Below, piece by piece: positions 1 through 14,298 of a stretch of DNA of 64,000 nucleotides (position 1 is the first letter of the stretch; each line of letters starts with the position of its first letter). The DNA comes from Takakia lepidozioides (Eukaryota > Plantae > Bryophyta): NCBI GenBank assembly GCA_030704615.1, contig CM060733.1, forward strand, positions 57,350,001 to 57,414,000, read 5' to 3'. A program made the translations under genes and the position numbers. The notes under the pieces were generated by a model. It saw only the letters and a program-made list of their open reading frames with translations, was not told the DNA's origin and did no database searches.

Positions 1-3000
1 TCAAAGATTGATCCAAAGGAAGATGCCTGGTCATCCACAAGTTTGGAGGGCAACCCCAAGCTGTCGAGCTCACTATCGACTCCTGAGCTCATAGAGACAA
101 GCTTACTGGTGCTAACAAGTTCAAGCACACCAGGGTTTTTTCCTCCTGATTCTGGCAGATTTGATGGTACTTGCAGAAATGATGCTTGGCAGGAGGCAAT
201 CTGAAATAGAAGATCAAGATCATGCATATCAAAGAGCACCATGTGGCGGTGGAGAAAGAGTGCAAGCAGGTGGTAACCACGGCAAGCTTGCATGTCATGA
301 GTGTTGCGGGGATTGAATTGAAGCACACTCTTTAAAACAGAAAGGGCCAAATGGAGCATTTCTCGTGTATCAGCAGCCTCCACCATAGCGAGGACAACAG
401 CCACCCCTCCCACTTTTCTCATATTTCTCCCAATACTGCTCGGGGTGCAGATCTGGATATCGCCATGGAGCCGAGCAAGTCGAGGTAGGCCTGATTGGAA
501 GCAAAAACCAACTGTAAGCAGGTTGCAGGGAGACAACTATGACTATGTATCAAGCCACGCAATAGTCAACGCCGGTGAAATAATGAAGAGGTTGACCTGC
601 AAACGAGGGGAACCTTTCTTTGACATACACAGATCTAAAAAAACACTGATGACTTTTCTGAGATCGATGTGGCAACAGGAATGGTGGAACAAAGGAGCAT
701 TCCCTCCAAAACTAACCCAGCTAGATATGAGTATATTTCCTAAAATTTGTAAATAATCTCCTGCACGTTGGGTGAATGACCACATACTTTAGACAGGTGT
801 GAAACACATCCATGCATCAAGGGATATACTGTACACAAATACATGCACACATAGTCAGTCCACTGCAATGTTGCCAATTCAGTAAACACAAAGAAAAGTG
901 GAGAACAGAAGTGGACTATATACCACCAAACGGGGAGGCCCCTGCAGACATGGGATCAACCAGATTGACGGTGGAGAGAACTGCTGATGGCACACAAGCT
1001 TTTGGATGAGAGCCATCAAATGCAAAGATCAGCCGCCGGCCAGACAGTGGGGAAGAATCCAGCAAGCTTTTCCAGATCCCATACAACTCCACTTCCCTCA
1101 GACAATGCCCCACCCACACCTGCCCTCGCTGCCCCTTCTACCTTCTGAGCTGCAGACAGCAACTCTGTATCCAAACTTTCCAAAATTGCCAGATTTCCTC
1201 CACCACAAGCTTCATATGATATAAATCGCAGCATGTCAGTGTCCTGAAAAGGTCCACGGTAGCCACGCCCCAGTACATACATGAAAAATACTGCAGGAGC
1301 TGGGAGCACTTCCTCAAACAGGTAACAAGGTCCGAGCCGCCATGTCAGTGGACACACCTCTGTTAATGAAGAAGGAGTTCCCACTGTAACCTGTAATAAT
1401 ATGAAATCCTTACTGAGTCAGATCATCAATACCAGTATACTCCCAAATAAAAGTAAAAAAGATTCCAATGTAATAGAAAACTGGGATCCAACATTTCCAT
1501 ACTTTCACGTCTCCAAAGCAGCGCTTGCTCATTTGTAAGGATGATTCTTTAGAATGTACTCAAGAGATGTTGTTTGCTGTAACTTTGTAGCCACAGACCC
1601 AATGATTATTTAGAAAGGATCTGAATGCCTATTGCATCAGACTTCAATCTCTAATAGACATCATACTGATTACTTATGGATATCAATACAACTGGCAAGA
1701 TAAATTGCAAACTAATAGTCCTGCTACAAAACCATGAAACTGATGCAAATTTTAACAAGTTGAATACCTGCCATTTAGTATCTCTGATTAAGACCTAGTA
1801 ATTACTGGAGACCCCAAGAAAACACCTACAACTACAAACAACCAAATTACCTGTAGCGGCTTTCCCGCTGGTGATGCCGCATACCCGAGCTTCCCAGTAT
1901 GCCGCAGGCTCCCATTCAAGTAAAGGTAGCGACCACAATCATACACCCCCAACGGACTGAAAAAGCCCTGCCCCTAGCGCCCGCTATTAGGGTTGTTGTG
2001 GACGACTAGCCAGGTCCCCCGCCGTACCCACATGCCCTCTTCTTTAATCGGAACCTTTTATAAAGATAGGATGACGGTATGAGCTGTTGTGGCCAGCGTA
2101 CCAGCAAATCACAGCATGTTCATATATAATTAGGATACACACTGTTGCCCTCTCTTCACGACAGAGCTAACTGAGAAATTACGAAGAACTGGACCAGCCT
2201 CCGCACCTGCTCCTCTAAAAGAGACATTGAGCCCCCCCGCCCCGTACGAATTTACGATTCGCACACTCCACCCAACACACGTCACCCCAGTTCGGTTACT
2301 CAGACCCGACCGGAATAGTTTTTCCAGCACAAACCAAAAGCGTATGCACAATGCTCCCGAGCGCCAGCCTTCGGTCACAAAATGGATACGCACAGACACC
2401 TCATGTCACAATGATGCCCCAGTGCCCGAACTTCAACAGCCATTCACCGGCGAGAGAGGCAAAGGCCTCACCCCCGGCCTTGCAAGAAGGCCTACGCGAC
2501 CCCATATCTCTACCATATCCCAGAAGTGTCATCTACCGGTTGTCCCCTGGACCACAATATCGGTTTCTGCATATTAACCTTAACAGTGGTCCTCCGAACT
2601 TCATGACCGGACAGAAAGAAAGCACTGGACCCGAGTGCAAATATAGAGCTCATGGGTTGGGAAGAGATAGATAGACTGACAGAACTGCAGATAAGTCAAG
2701 CTCCACTTAAGCAAAGGTAGAACATACTTCAAATGTAGCATGGACATCACAAAAGTAGGTTCTAGAACACGCATTAACCTGAGAAGTGCGTCACTTTTAA
2801 TCCCATTGGAGAACAATAAATGCATGTCCTGGCTGAAAGACCTTACATGACAAGAACACAAGAACCACTACAAAACCAGGCCTAAAGTGCTCCTCAAACA
2901 AGTAGCCCTTCAAAGTCCTTTTCACCTTCCATCTCTCACATGCATGGGGTGCAACATCAAATTGTATAATATAGTGGACTCAAGCAGGAAGACAATTCAA

Positions 3001-6000
3001 TGTCAAAGAGGCAAAAAGGAAAAGAGGAAATTGGAAAAAGGGTCAACTACCTGAATGCTCCAAGAACTTCAATGATCTGGAACACATATGTAAGTAGAGT
3101 AGAAGGGCTCAGCAGCATGGTGCGCATTGTCTCCAACAGAAAACCCACGCAGCCTGCAGCAAGCAACAAGTTCAGGAAAGTCTTATGCCTAACTTCATTT
3201 TGTTCGGACACTCTTCGTGCTTCCGCCATGGCCTTAGTCAATCAAGTCTTCTGCCTCATCCAATCACCCTGCACGGCTAAGAAGGTCTACCATGCAGCCA
3301 AACTGCTTCAGATTCCAACTCGGCTTCATCAAGCAGGGTCAGTTCTTCCTTCAGGTACTTGAAAATCCTCTACCTTTATCCACCAGACTTACCCTGTTTA
3401 ACAGGATGGTCTTACTTCCAAGTACAAAAAACTCTTCCTGAACAGCATGTTAGCTGTTCTAGAGCATGCTGACATGATCTCTTTGAACACCAAAAGCTGA
3501 ATGGATTCTAAAGTTATATCATGGTTGGAGTTGCCAATGCACATGGCACATGAGTACTTTAAGGTAGGCCTAATAATGTTGCAAAGCATGGTCCTCAGTG
3601 TTAATCCCTCTGCAGTGGAAAATTTGAGCGAGAAAGCTTCGTGGGGGGAGAGACGGGCCCTACAATCAAAATATTCACAAGTTTATAGAAGCTCTGGATA
3701 ACCAATTCAGAGCATACAAATTGGTTCGTGAATGCCCCTTTTCCCCACAACATTTTATTCAGAGCCTTTCTTACAACCTACATGGCCCAAATGGACAAAA
3801 CAAAGGCCACGCACCAATGACGATTATGCAAATCTTTTGGTTCAATTCAAATTCATCTTATGCACTCTGCTAATTGAGAGTTGTGAGATCTCAGATATAT
3901 ACCAACATCATAGACAGGAAGTGCCATATGCAAACACCTAAGGCCAAGAATCCAATCATTGCAATAGTAAAGTTTCAAAACAAAGTCATCCTGGCCACTT
4001 TCAAGGGAGCAACTCTGAACAAGCTGGGAAATCAAGCTTGATGAATAGCAGCTCAGCTAACATGAGAAAATACTAGACTGACATTGTGTGGCAAGTTGAA
4101 CCATGGATGTCCAATGCCAGAAGTCAGATAAATTATGTAGGGCTGTTAATGACTTTTTGCTATCCCAATCATACATCCTTCCATTAGATTTTCTGCCAGA
4201 AATCTTACCAACAGATGTCAGTGCAGCCTGGTTACGCGGGCCTGCCCGTGCCAGCCGCTCCACCCGAATGAGCACACGCAGCTGTAGTGTGGGCGAGAAT
4301 TGCAGTGAGCAGCACAAGAGAACCTCAATGGCGGCAGCATTATACACTTCCTCTTTCTCCACAACTTGGGCAGGATCAATGATGAAAGCCTGCTCACTCC
4401 CAGGAATCTGAAGGCTCCGGAAACTTCCGCTAACTTGCTCCTGAGGCAGTAACGCTGGGAGGCCCTGGGCATTTTGGGAAGGAGAATGAACTTTCTCCAA
4501 CGCCACATCAAAGAGAAGCTCAGCTATTCTCTCCTCAAATTCCACGCAAATGAGGCCAGATTCTAGCAACAAATCCTTGAACCTCTGTGATGATATATAC
4601 TGATGCAGCTCACCACGATTGATGGGTGTATCTGCTGCCCCCACAGTGACAACATGCAGCAAAGCATCAAATATCTCCATTCGTAAATCCAGTTCTAGAG
4701 GACTTGCTGACAGGTGATTATCTGAGGCTTGCGATTCATCCAGTGCACTTAAAACTCCTCCCAACCCCGAGCCTTCGTACTCAGCGTGCATACACTCCAA
4801 AACTGAGAGGATAAGTGCAAACCCCTTTGCCTCTCCAAATACAATCTTGGTTGCTGGATTGGCACCCAGGATTCGCCACAATGCCCAGAGAACATCTTCT
4901 TTAGCTTCTGCCCCCACTCGCCACTTTCTTCCCAAGTGACTTGTGACTACCCCACTGTTCACAACCTTGACAAGAACCCTCAATTCTTCACTGTGGACCT
5001 GGAATTACAAACACACGATGAGGACAAGACTCCATTTAGAAATGATTGAATTCCACTCTCATAGACTTTACAAACAGGGTTAATGCCGAGGACCTCATTC
5101 AGCTGTGGTCCCCTTCAGAAAAATTCATTCCAAGAAGTCCTGTCCAATGTATCATTCCAATCAACACAGCTTCATACAGATGTGGTCTGCCATGCAGACC
5201 AGGAGGCCATGTCCTACATTACTGTTTGCTGTTAACTACCTTTTAACTGGTTCACCCTGGATAGTTGCTACAGAAAGGCTCTGTTTAGTTTTCCAGTTGC
5301 AAATGTGGCGACTGAGATGGTCACACCTGAGTTGTGTCTTCACATATGAGACAAGAGAGCAATCGCAAAACACCCGGGCGCTGCATGGGGGACACCAAAA
5401 GGGGCAAGACTGCAACGACCCCATTCGCCTTTCGAAACACCATTTGGTTTCCTTCACTCCTTTTCAACAAAGAGAGAAGGCAATCCCATGCCAACCCGAC
5501 TGTAGCCCTGTCTTCAAAAATTTGAAACTCGGCAGGGCCCTGTCCAGGAACCCAGGGTGTCAATAGTGACAAAGCTTTCTTTGTCTCGAGGATGCCCACA
5601 CTGTTAGCCCTGGCTGGATTCTGGCTGACCATATGCCTGAGAGCAGCACCTGCCGGAATCTCACACCGCTTAATATCATCCAAGAGCAAGTCCAGCACAC
5701 CCACCTCCCGGAACACCTTCTTGTAGTGCCGGTCAAAAGACAAAAGCTTCTCAAAAAACGAGAGTACTGTTACCCGCAATGATGACACCAGTGGTTGCTG
5801 CAACAAGTAACAGAGAGAGAGCAGCTCTTGCTCAGGGACACAATTTGCGACAGTAACAGCATACTCTAAAACCTTCAATAAACTTTCTTGAAGAGTTGTT
5901 GCATAGCCGCCCATGTTCTGGATAAAAAGAGGCATAGTCCGCAGCTCCTGGACCAGCACATAATTGTCTGGATGGCTGGCAAACAACCGAAGCAAGCGGT

Positions 6001-9000
6001 CCAACAACTCAAGCTGCAGTGTAAGGTTCCTTGTCTTAAGGAAGACATCCTGAAGTATCTGCACACTGTCAATGTCCCGAACTTTTCCATCAACCTCTGT
6101 TTCTCCTCTGTCAACAACAGCCCCAGGACCAATGCCTTCAAGTAAGGGCAAACACTTTGAACCTGGAGGTGGCTTCCCAGACTTTCCACTGATCCCTGCC
6201 CCCAGATTTAGCTCTGGAACTCGTGTACCCGTTTGAGCAAGCTCCACGATAATGTCTAACAAACGCAGCAGTGGGGGAGGAAGACTGCTATCCTCCCTCT
6301 CCGTGGAGACTGTTGCTTGTTTCTCCCCCGGAGCAACTGAGGATGAGATCGTGTCCTCTGAGACAATCTGATCCCCTCCGAGAAAACCAGGAATCTCCCT
6401 CTCATCCAGGCTTACAGAAGATTCTGCGAGTTGTAATGCAAATTGCACTAGGTAATGGTACCCACGCCCCTTTCGGAAGTTGTCTTTGAGGCGCACACTA
6501 CCAGACTCTGCATACCATCCACATTCACAAGTTGGTCTAAAGTTCGACCCAAAGAAACGGCAAGTATTATTATGCGGCTGGTAAACACTCCTACATTTCC
6601 TACAGCATCCTCACACTCTAACTTCCAAAGGGAGGTTTAAACAATCCTAGTTTGGTGTTCGAGTCAAAACACAAAGTCACATGCCTCTCCTAGATTCGTC
6701 TTGCAGTTCTACTGTTCTTACTTTCCTTCTCATTACTTCCTCCCTCCCTGCTTCTTTGTTGCCTTGGAGTAGTTTTTTTGTTTCTGTGGTTCTATGGTTG
6801 TTTTCTGTGCTCTTCTCTTCTTTGTTCTACTTATGTCCCTTCCTTTAGGCCCCCCACTCCATAATAGATCTCTTTATTGCTCTTTCTTCTCATCCTCCCA
6901 TCAATACCTTGCCATTTCCAAGCTCTCATTTCTTCGGAACTCTCAAGAGTAAAGGCATGTCCTATTGACTGGGCTCATGCACATCCAAAATAGGGTTACC
7001 CTGGGGATCAACCAAACAGCAGCTGGCTGCATTTACACGTGTACACCATTCCAAAGAAACCCAGCTGAAAACGGAACTGGCAAATTGTACTCATCCAGAC
7101 AACTGTGGAAGGATAGCTTCTGCAATCACCCTGTTGCCTCCAATTGGGGCTGGAGCAACAGCTTTTTGGGCAGCCACCAGAACTTGCACAGGAGATGGGT
7201 CGGTTTGACTGAGGTAAGATAATCCTGGCTTTCTAGTGGAAAGTGGCCAGAAACACTAGGGCAAGTGTCAAACGCTGCAACACCATAAAACTCCCGACCC
7301 CTAGCTCCACTGGTTGACTGGATGAAGCTGTAGATAGAGACCAACATGGAACCACAGCATAGGTCTCATGAAAATAATGGAGATGAGAAGGATACCTGGC
7401 CGGCAAGATAATTGTATAGAACTCAAAATCAAAGAGACAACCCCAACGGTGTAGCTAGCATCCCCAGTGTCACCTTCGAAGTCCATCACTGGTGTGAGAA
7501 GCACTTCAACCTGCAACCAAACATAGAACTCAATCTTACGATAGAAATGGAGAATGACATGGGAGGCAACACCTGAGTTCTTTGGTTCTCCAACCCCCTT
7601 CAGATGGTATACACTTCCTCTGTTTCCGTTCTTTAAATTTAGTATTTGCTTACAAAGATTCCTCATCACTGCAGAGGCCATTCTTAGGATGAGAAAATAT
7701 CAAACTCAGAGATCTGACCTTCCTATGGTCAGAGGACTAACAGCAAATCCCATTTGGAGACTTTGTGCAGAGTTCCCACCTGCCAGGAACCCTCCTTTGT
7801 GCAGTGCTAAGGTGTGATCTTTCAACCTCTGTGGGTCTACTGTGTGCCATAGTCGTGTCCCTTGGGCCCTTTTGGCCTCCCACTGGCACAATAAGTCTCT
7901 ATTTTCTGTACCCTGTAGACCTCTTTCCTGCTAAATTGATTGTATCATCTCCAAGGATTAGCTTACCGAATCTGAACTTTGAAAGAGATCAGGTTTTTAG
8001 AATCCAAGATGCAACTCTTTTGGTCCCATGCACTCTTCAGGCTTGAAGTGTACACACAAAAATCACAAGAACACTAATTTCCACGTGTTAGAAAGGAAAA
8101 CAAAACAGCAGAATCCAAGAAATCACCAACCAATTCGTGTGTCTGAATGTACTGGGCTATGCTACCATCATCATTTGCCAGCAACAGCCCCAGTATCTGC
8201 AACACGCATTTCACACGGGGGTTAAGGGCGACAGAATAGAAACAACATAGAGGGATGCTCACGACTTCAGAACATGCCCTGCAAACTGAATCAATTGCAT
8301 TGTCAACCTGGCCTTGCCACAGCAAGAAAGAAACTCAGTCATGAGTCATTAGTACACTTGGTCCTGTTCTTTTCATCCTATATGGGAAAGGAGGCAACAA
8401 GCCCCACATTATCTTTAGCAAACCAAAACCTAGTTCACAACCTATCGAAGCAAGAAATGCTGAAAGGGCACTCTCCCTCTGGCATTCCCAGACATAATAA
8501 ATTTCTTTCTTTCATTCATTCTCTGTCCCACTCAGGGCCTCCAGTAGACATAATAGATTTTGTTGTTCCTCTCTTGGGCTCTACTTGTGCCTCCAGCAGA
8601 TGTAACAAATCTCTTTCTTTAAAGCTCTTGATGAAGAGTTGTTTTTGGGCTGCTTGTTGAGGGCCCCATGTTCTTTCTTCTACCGTGCCACCCCAGGCCA
8701 GCACAACACACAGAAAACGGGGCCTTTGACAGGGCAAGATGCCCATACTTCATATTGAAGATTTCAAAAATGAGCTCTCTCCCTCACACACTGACTGGCT
8801 TCTTGATCGGTGTGCACAAAGTTTTTGTTGTTCCGAAAAAGTGAGCAGAGGTGGGAGTGTTTCCCACCCACAGCATTCCATGCCTTGGCTAAGAAGGGCC
8901 ACAGTGAAATGAGGGGATTGGGGGAGGGGGGACACAGATGTATACATCTCTGATAGTTTATCAAACATGTCTGATGCCTATTAAAGAAGATACCACAAGC

Positions 9001-12000
9001 AATTCACTAAGATCAAGCAAGCCAAGGCTACAATAGCTAAGACATGTTAAATCTCTTAGAAGAAGAAATTCTGGTACTACTTTAGATAATAAAGCTTTAC
9101 AGAAAGTTGAGCTGAAATCTGTTAATGACCAATTAGAAGGAGATAACTTATTCCTTGGAGCAGTGCTTGATAATGAGTTAATAGAAATTGTCAAAGCATG
9201 GTCAAGATGTGGCAAGCCAAGGGAGGTTGGGCATCACCAAAGGAGAGCCCAAAAGGTATTGCATACTTTCCGGTGGCTTAAGGAGAAACACAGACAAGAC
9301 AATCAAGACCAGAATCAAATGGACAGTAGACGAAGGATCCAAGAAAAGCATCTAAGTGAGAACAAAGCACCCCAACCTGCACAACATGCCGGTGGAGCTG
9401 GGCCAGGTGGACTGGGGGTCTGGTCATGAGGTCCTTCGTGAAGCTTTGCAAGGGTGACAGAGAGGGTCGCGAACCCCCCATAGCCACCATGTGAAACATC
9501 AGCTGAAGTGAATCATCTTCTGCTAAGCTTTGTGCTGCTCCCGGGTGTTGTGCCAGAGCCTTCATAATGTGGACTACCCCTCCTTCCACCTATAGTCAAT
9601 GCAAGGCAACAATTGGGGTTTTGCGATGCACTCATGTGTTCTGGCTACAGGACTTCTGCCCCTTGACATAAGACATTTCTGTTCCTTTCTATAAACATGA
9701 ACTCTTGAAACTGAAATACCGAAGCCAGTAATCACAGAAACAGTTCATGACTAGAGTTCTATTGTTGACAAAACCATCTGCAGAGACCATATCCTGCCAC
9801 CATCATCAAGTAGCACTTCATCACATAATATTCAAAACTGAGACTGAAATCTCCTCTCATATATAAAATTGAAACTGGCAGAGATGGACCACAATGATTA
9901 TCAAAACAACACATGCTGAAAAGAATGGGCCAGATAGAATACCACAGCTCGACAATTTCCCTCTGTAGTTGCTTCACCGACACCAATCAGGTTTTCAGCC
10001 ACCCGGGACTTGTCTGAAGCAGTTGTGTCAACTGGGCCAGCCACGGCAGTGGCAACCACAGCAGAGCCAAGGAGGCGATACAGGACAAGGACGAGGGATG
10101 AGAGGAGGCCAGCATCAATAAGCGGCTGGACATCCAAGGGCTGCACACCATCCCCAAGACGCAAATGCAAGTTAATTCTGTGGATGCGATAAAGCTCTTT
10201 TTCTACATTGCCTTCCTTTCCAGATGAGAGGAAAGGCACCTAAGCAAGAAAAACCCCAGAGTAGCTCATCATCACAATCAGCACTATATATGAGAATGTC
10301 ATAGGCAGGGAAAAGCCGGTGGGGCACTTTGTGAGGAGGTCCATAGCAACATTGGCATGAAGCAAAGCTCCCCAATTTTCCTTGCACTTTTCAGCATTTT
10401 CATTCATCTGGGTTGCAGGTGGCTTTAGCAAACCCCTTGAAGGTTTCACACAGGCTGTCCTGCTATCCACAGATGATGTGGCTCAGTTAGCCCATTACGC
10501 CCAACAACTCCAGCAACATCTTGCTCTGCTGGGAGATTTGCACAGCAATCTTGAGCATCCCACAGTCTGAGGATGCAGACAGGCAGATGGGACAATCTGC
10601 AAGGTGCTCAACGCACTATCTTCTTGACAAGGATGCACCCTCTTGCAGTCCAGTTCGTGCTCTCACAACCTCTATGAGACTCAATGCAGCTGGTGTAAAG
10701 ACCTGTTAGTATGCTCCAGTCCCCAATTTCTTTGAATGACGGCCTGTCTATTGCATCCCTACTGCCCCGAAATCCAGATGGATTGAAAACTTCTTCCACA
10801 CAACAAGCTTATTCTACAGGACTTGATGGCACTCCATGTTAAACAAAGCTGCACTTCTATCACAACATTTCCTTGGTCCAGAAGAAGGAAAGAAGTGTTG
10901 ATGTGGGGTTTTTTCCTTCTCTAACTTGCAATTTTTCATGTCACTCTTTCTCAATCTCTGACCCTTCAGTTGTAGTGAGTTCTCAGTGAATTCAGTCAAG
11001 TTACAAGCTCTTGAATTATCGGAAGTGTGGAAAATAGCTTCTACAGCTTCATTCCTGGGTGTATCACAGTTGGTTCTCCCAGAAGAAAATATCCTATTGT
11101 GTTTCTTTCCCCATACCATCCACCCACAACAGTGGCACAAAGACAACAAGTATAAACATTTGGAGCACTTGACCAGGAATTTGATTATTTTGACCATGAG
11201 GTTGCAGGAAGCAGAAAGCATACTGGAGAGACAAGGCCTTCCAGGGCGAAGAGCAAGTTGGAGCCAATGCTGGAAGCTTCCTGCACATGCCAGATGTTAC
11301 TGAGGTCAACTTGGATTGCTACAAACCAGCTGAGAAAACTGTAGAACCCAGTGACTACGCAAAGTTACGGAGGTTCAAGAGTCAAGGAGGCATCTCCGCG
11401 GTGGAATTTCAAACCCTATTCCACCATAGGTAGGCCTAGACTTGGAAGCGTGTAAGAAAAACAGGATGTAATTGGGCCAGCTACTGAGACAGGGCAGAAA
11501 CTGTACTAGAGATGCTATAAGGTCCTCTCTCTCCTTGCCACCCATGGATGTTTTAGTTGGATTTTCCTTTCTTTCTACTTCCCAGGGCTTCCAGGATGTT
11601 GTAAAATTGCATACTTGTCTTTCTCTTTCTATGTGAGCCCTCTTGAAAGCATGAAACACACTGCCACTGCAAGAACCTCAAGCCAACACTAAAAGTTGTG
11701 GGTGTGAAGTATTACATGAACAGTTTAATATAATTGATGCTGAAGTGAAGAGCTTTCTGATTCTGGACTACCAGAACAAACTTTGTCTTTAGGTGAGTCC
11801 TCCTATTCAAGCCAGCCTTGCACGATTGTAGTGCTCTTGATTCTGCTTTCCTCCCCCCGTTTTCTGCTCTCATCCATTAAGGCGGGGCGGCCTATTTCTG
11901 AAAGGCTTTGGGAATCTAAATCTAAATCTAAATCAGAACGTCAATCAAAGTCAAAAGTGAAGGATCTCCAACATCAACTGTGAGCTTCTTCACAGCCTTT

Positions 12001-14298
12001 GACGAACGAGTGGGGCCCAAGCACTACCTAAAGGGCCTTCTCATGCTGTGTACCAAGCTGCAGATCGACGTAAGAGTAAGTTGTCTACCCCTGTCCAAGA
12101 AGGTAACCCAGCTGTGAAAGTGCAGCCACATGTCCAAATCCAGGGCATGAGAATTTCAAATTTACTCTACTGAACAAAAAGCTCGTACACAAGGCCAAAA
12201 GTTCTGCAAATCCTCACGTCTGAATTCCTTGGTGAGTACAGTGACTTCATTCCATAGTAAAACGCCAGAATCAACTTCAAACTTTTACTTAAGATACTGG
12301 GGCAAAATGGTAGTGAGCCACATCGCCAGACTTCTGACAGCTATGCATGACGTGAACAGTAGGACTTCCTCAAAAACCCATTGCCTTTAGGCTCTCTTGG
12401 TCCTCTCATCCTGCCTCACCTACACTTTTCTGCTCAATCCAAACCAGAAATGTGATATATGGCCATGAGCTGAAGAACTTCGTTTCATGCAATCTTTCTC
12501 TAGTTGAACAGAAAAGGTGCGGAGGGAAAGGGGAAGAGTGCAAGAGGCTGGTATGCAGCTTAGAAATCCAGCTATGAACATAGTTAACCTTCTGCCCTCC
12601 TCCAAAGAGGTTGAGAATGTCATTGGGCTGCAGCTGACCATTTGGGCTAGTCCTCCGCAACTTTTCTATGTCATTCACAAGTGCCCGTGCCACCACGAAT
12701 GCAAACACACGGACATCCACCAACCTGCAAACCCATTCCAACCTTCTCAAAAATTGACTGGACTGGGCTTTGAGTTATTAACCACACAGATATATAAAAT
12801 CTTAAGTGCGACATTGGCATTGGATAGGGTTATTAGTTGTGGGAAAACTTTGGTAACTTCATTTGGTCGCTAGTAGTAAAAATCTTTCATCTTCATAACT
12901 GATTTGTATAAACATGCATATGCATCAGTTTCAAGATTCTGCAACAGCTCCTTCTATGCAGTTAGGTCCAGTGGCATCAACTGAGGATATAGAAGTTTTA
13001 TACGTGCTTTCCCCTTGCCTTCCCATCAATATATTAAAGGATCCATTGTAAGGGTACCCCATTTCCACATGAGAATGTTTAAAGAATGTGAGTTTCATCA
13101 AATAAGATCAGCACAGGACAAAGTAAGTAAACAAGCCAAGAGGTGGAGAGAAACATGAAAAAGAAGAGCCAGAGAGAGTGAAGGAGAAAGACGGACAAAA
13201 ACATAACAGAAGACCCAACATACGTAAGGGCAAGCTGAGCAGGGTCGCCATTTCGTCTGGAAATCTTACAGAACAGGTCGAGCGCCACTTCCAAGGCTTC
13301 CTCCTTCTCCTGAAAAGGATATCAAGATCAAACTTGTCCGCAGTGAAACCCTCAAACCAAAAAGAATAAACACGTGAAGATATGAACCACGAGAACCAAG
13401 TAGTTTTGTCATAAATATTGATGCTTACCACTGATGAAGGAGGGGAGCTAACCTTGTCAGAATGTGAAGAACGGAAATCCTCCCATGCTTTCCTGAAATC
13501 CTGCTCAGAATCATTCCTGTCTCTGGAAATCCAAGCACAATCCAAACTCTCCAGTTAAGCTAAAGAATCCAAGCTCGTTCACAAGCAAATGTAGCCCTTC
13601 TGACACTCACTACTGCTCCCAGATGAGTTCTCTGTCATAAGGTACTGCAGTTGCACCAATTGCAGAAAACCTAAACGCAAATTACTAGGAAACAAACATG
13701 TTTGTCGAAAACCAATCCATACGAAGGGAAACCCTGATCTCAAGTTAAACCCTAAACCCCCAGCCCATGTCCAAAATTATTTATTTTCTAGTTCAGACTC
13801 TACTTCCACATCACAACTCCTACAAAGAGCAACATGGCAATGAGTCGTAGTCAAGACTCCTTCCTTATAGACAGGGAAAGGTAGTAGAGAGAGAAAGAAT
13901 GAATAGGAATTAAAACCGTCCAGCAGAGACAGAGGAGAGTAGAGTGAGACAGCACTCAATTAACCATTCCCTGCAGAGAGAGAGAGGGAGAGAGAGGTCC
14001 GTAAGGTTTCAGCCGCAAGTAGGGCAAGGGGCAGGGGGGCAATTGCAAGGCACAGACAGTGAGAGGTGCTGGAAGTTATAGTAGCATTCAGCAGTGCCTT
14101 CCTCTTTCAATTCCCTGCCTTCATTTCCTCTACATTGAACCCAGAAAAACCCTCTCCCATATACCTGGGTTTAGTGCCTGCGGCATCTTCACGAAGTTGA
14201 GGGGATGGTCGCTGTGGGGATGGTGAAAAGGAAGAGTGGGTGACTTTCTCCTTGAAGCGCTCAAGCCATTTCATGGTTGCTCTGCCCACAGTATCCAC
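1..14298 (-). CDS. SPI: BEACH-domain protein, SPIRRIG/WDFY3-like, N-terminal part; multi-exon, runs off the left edge
   Basis: GT-AG exons read by eye: 14298(or 14274)-14165 (MKWLERFKEKV), 13522-13453, ~13310-13225, ~12724-12588, ~11280-11224 (SNLLFALEGLVSP), ~10140-9943 (PLDVQPLIDAG), ~9589-9377 (VEGGVVHIMKALAQHP), ~8196-8130, ~7510-7397, ~6508-5327, ~5000-4208, ~3152-3051, garbled ~2690-1851, 1390-924, 490-1 (LPRLARLHGDIQIC). The peptides are collinear with Arabidopsis SPIRRIG as I recall it. BEACH/WD40 domains would lie outside the window. Confidence 0.88.
4208..5000 (-). CDS. SPI: Internal exon of the BEACH/SPIRRIG-like gene
   Basis: ORF 4057..4983 contains LWALWRILGAN, VFGEAKGFALILS, EVYNAAAIEVLL; there is an AG acceptor before VHSEEL and a GT donor after TSV. 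Confidence 0.88.
5327..6508 (-). CDS. SPI: Large internal exon of the BEACH/SPIRRIG-like gene
   Basis: ORF 5321..6496 contains GYHYLVQFAL, HPDNY, LEYAVTVANCVPEQELLSLC and ends at a GT donor after EDTTQ. Confidence 0.9.

Noticed and set aside
10570-10710. Candidate extra BEACH exon
   Set aside because: It contains an in-frame stop, and the flanking exons (~11224-11280 and ~10140) already join in phase.
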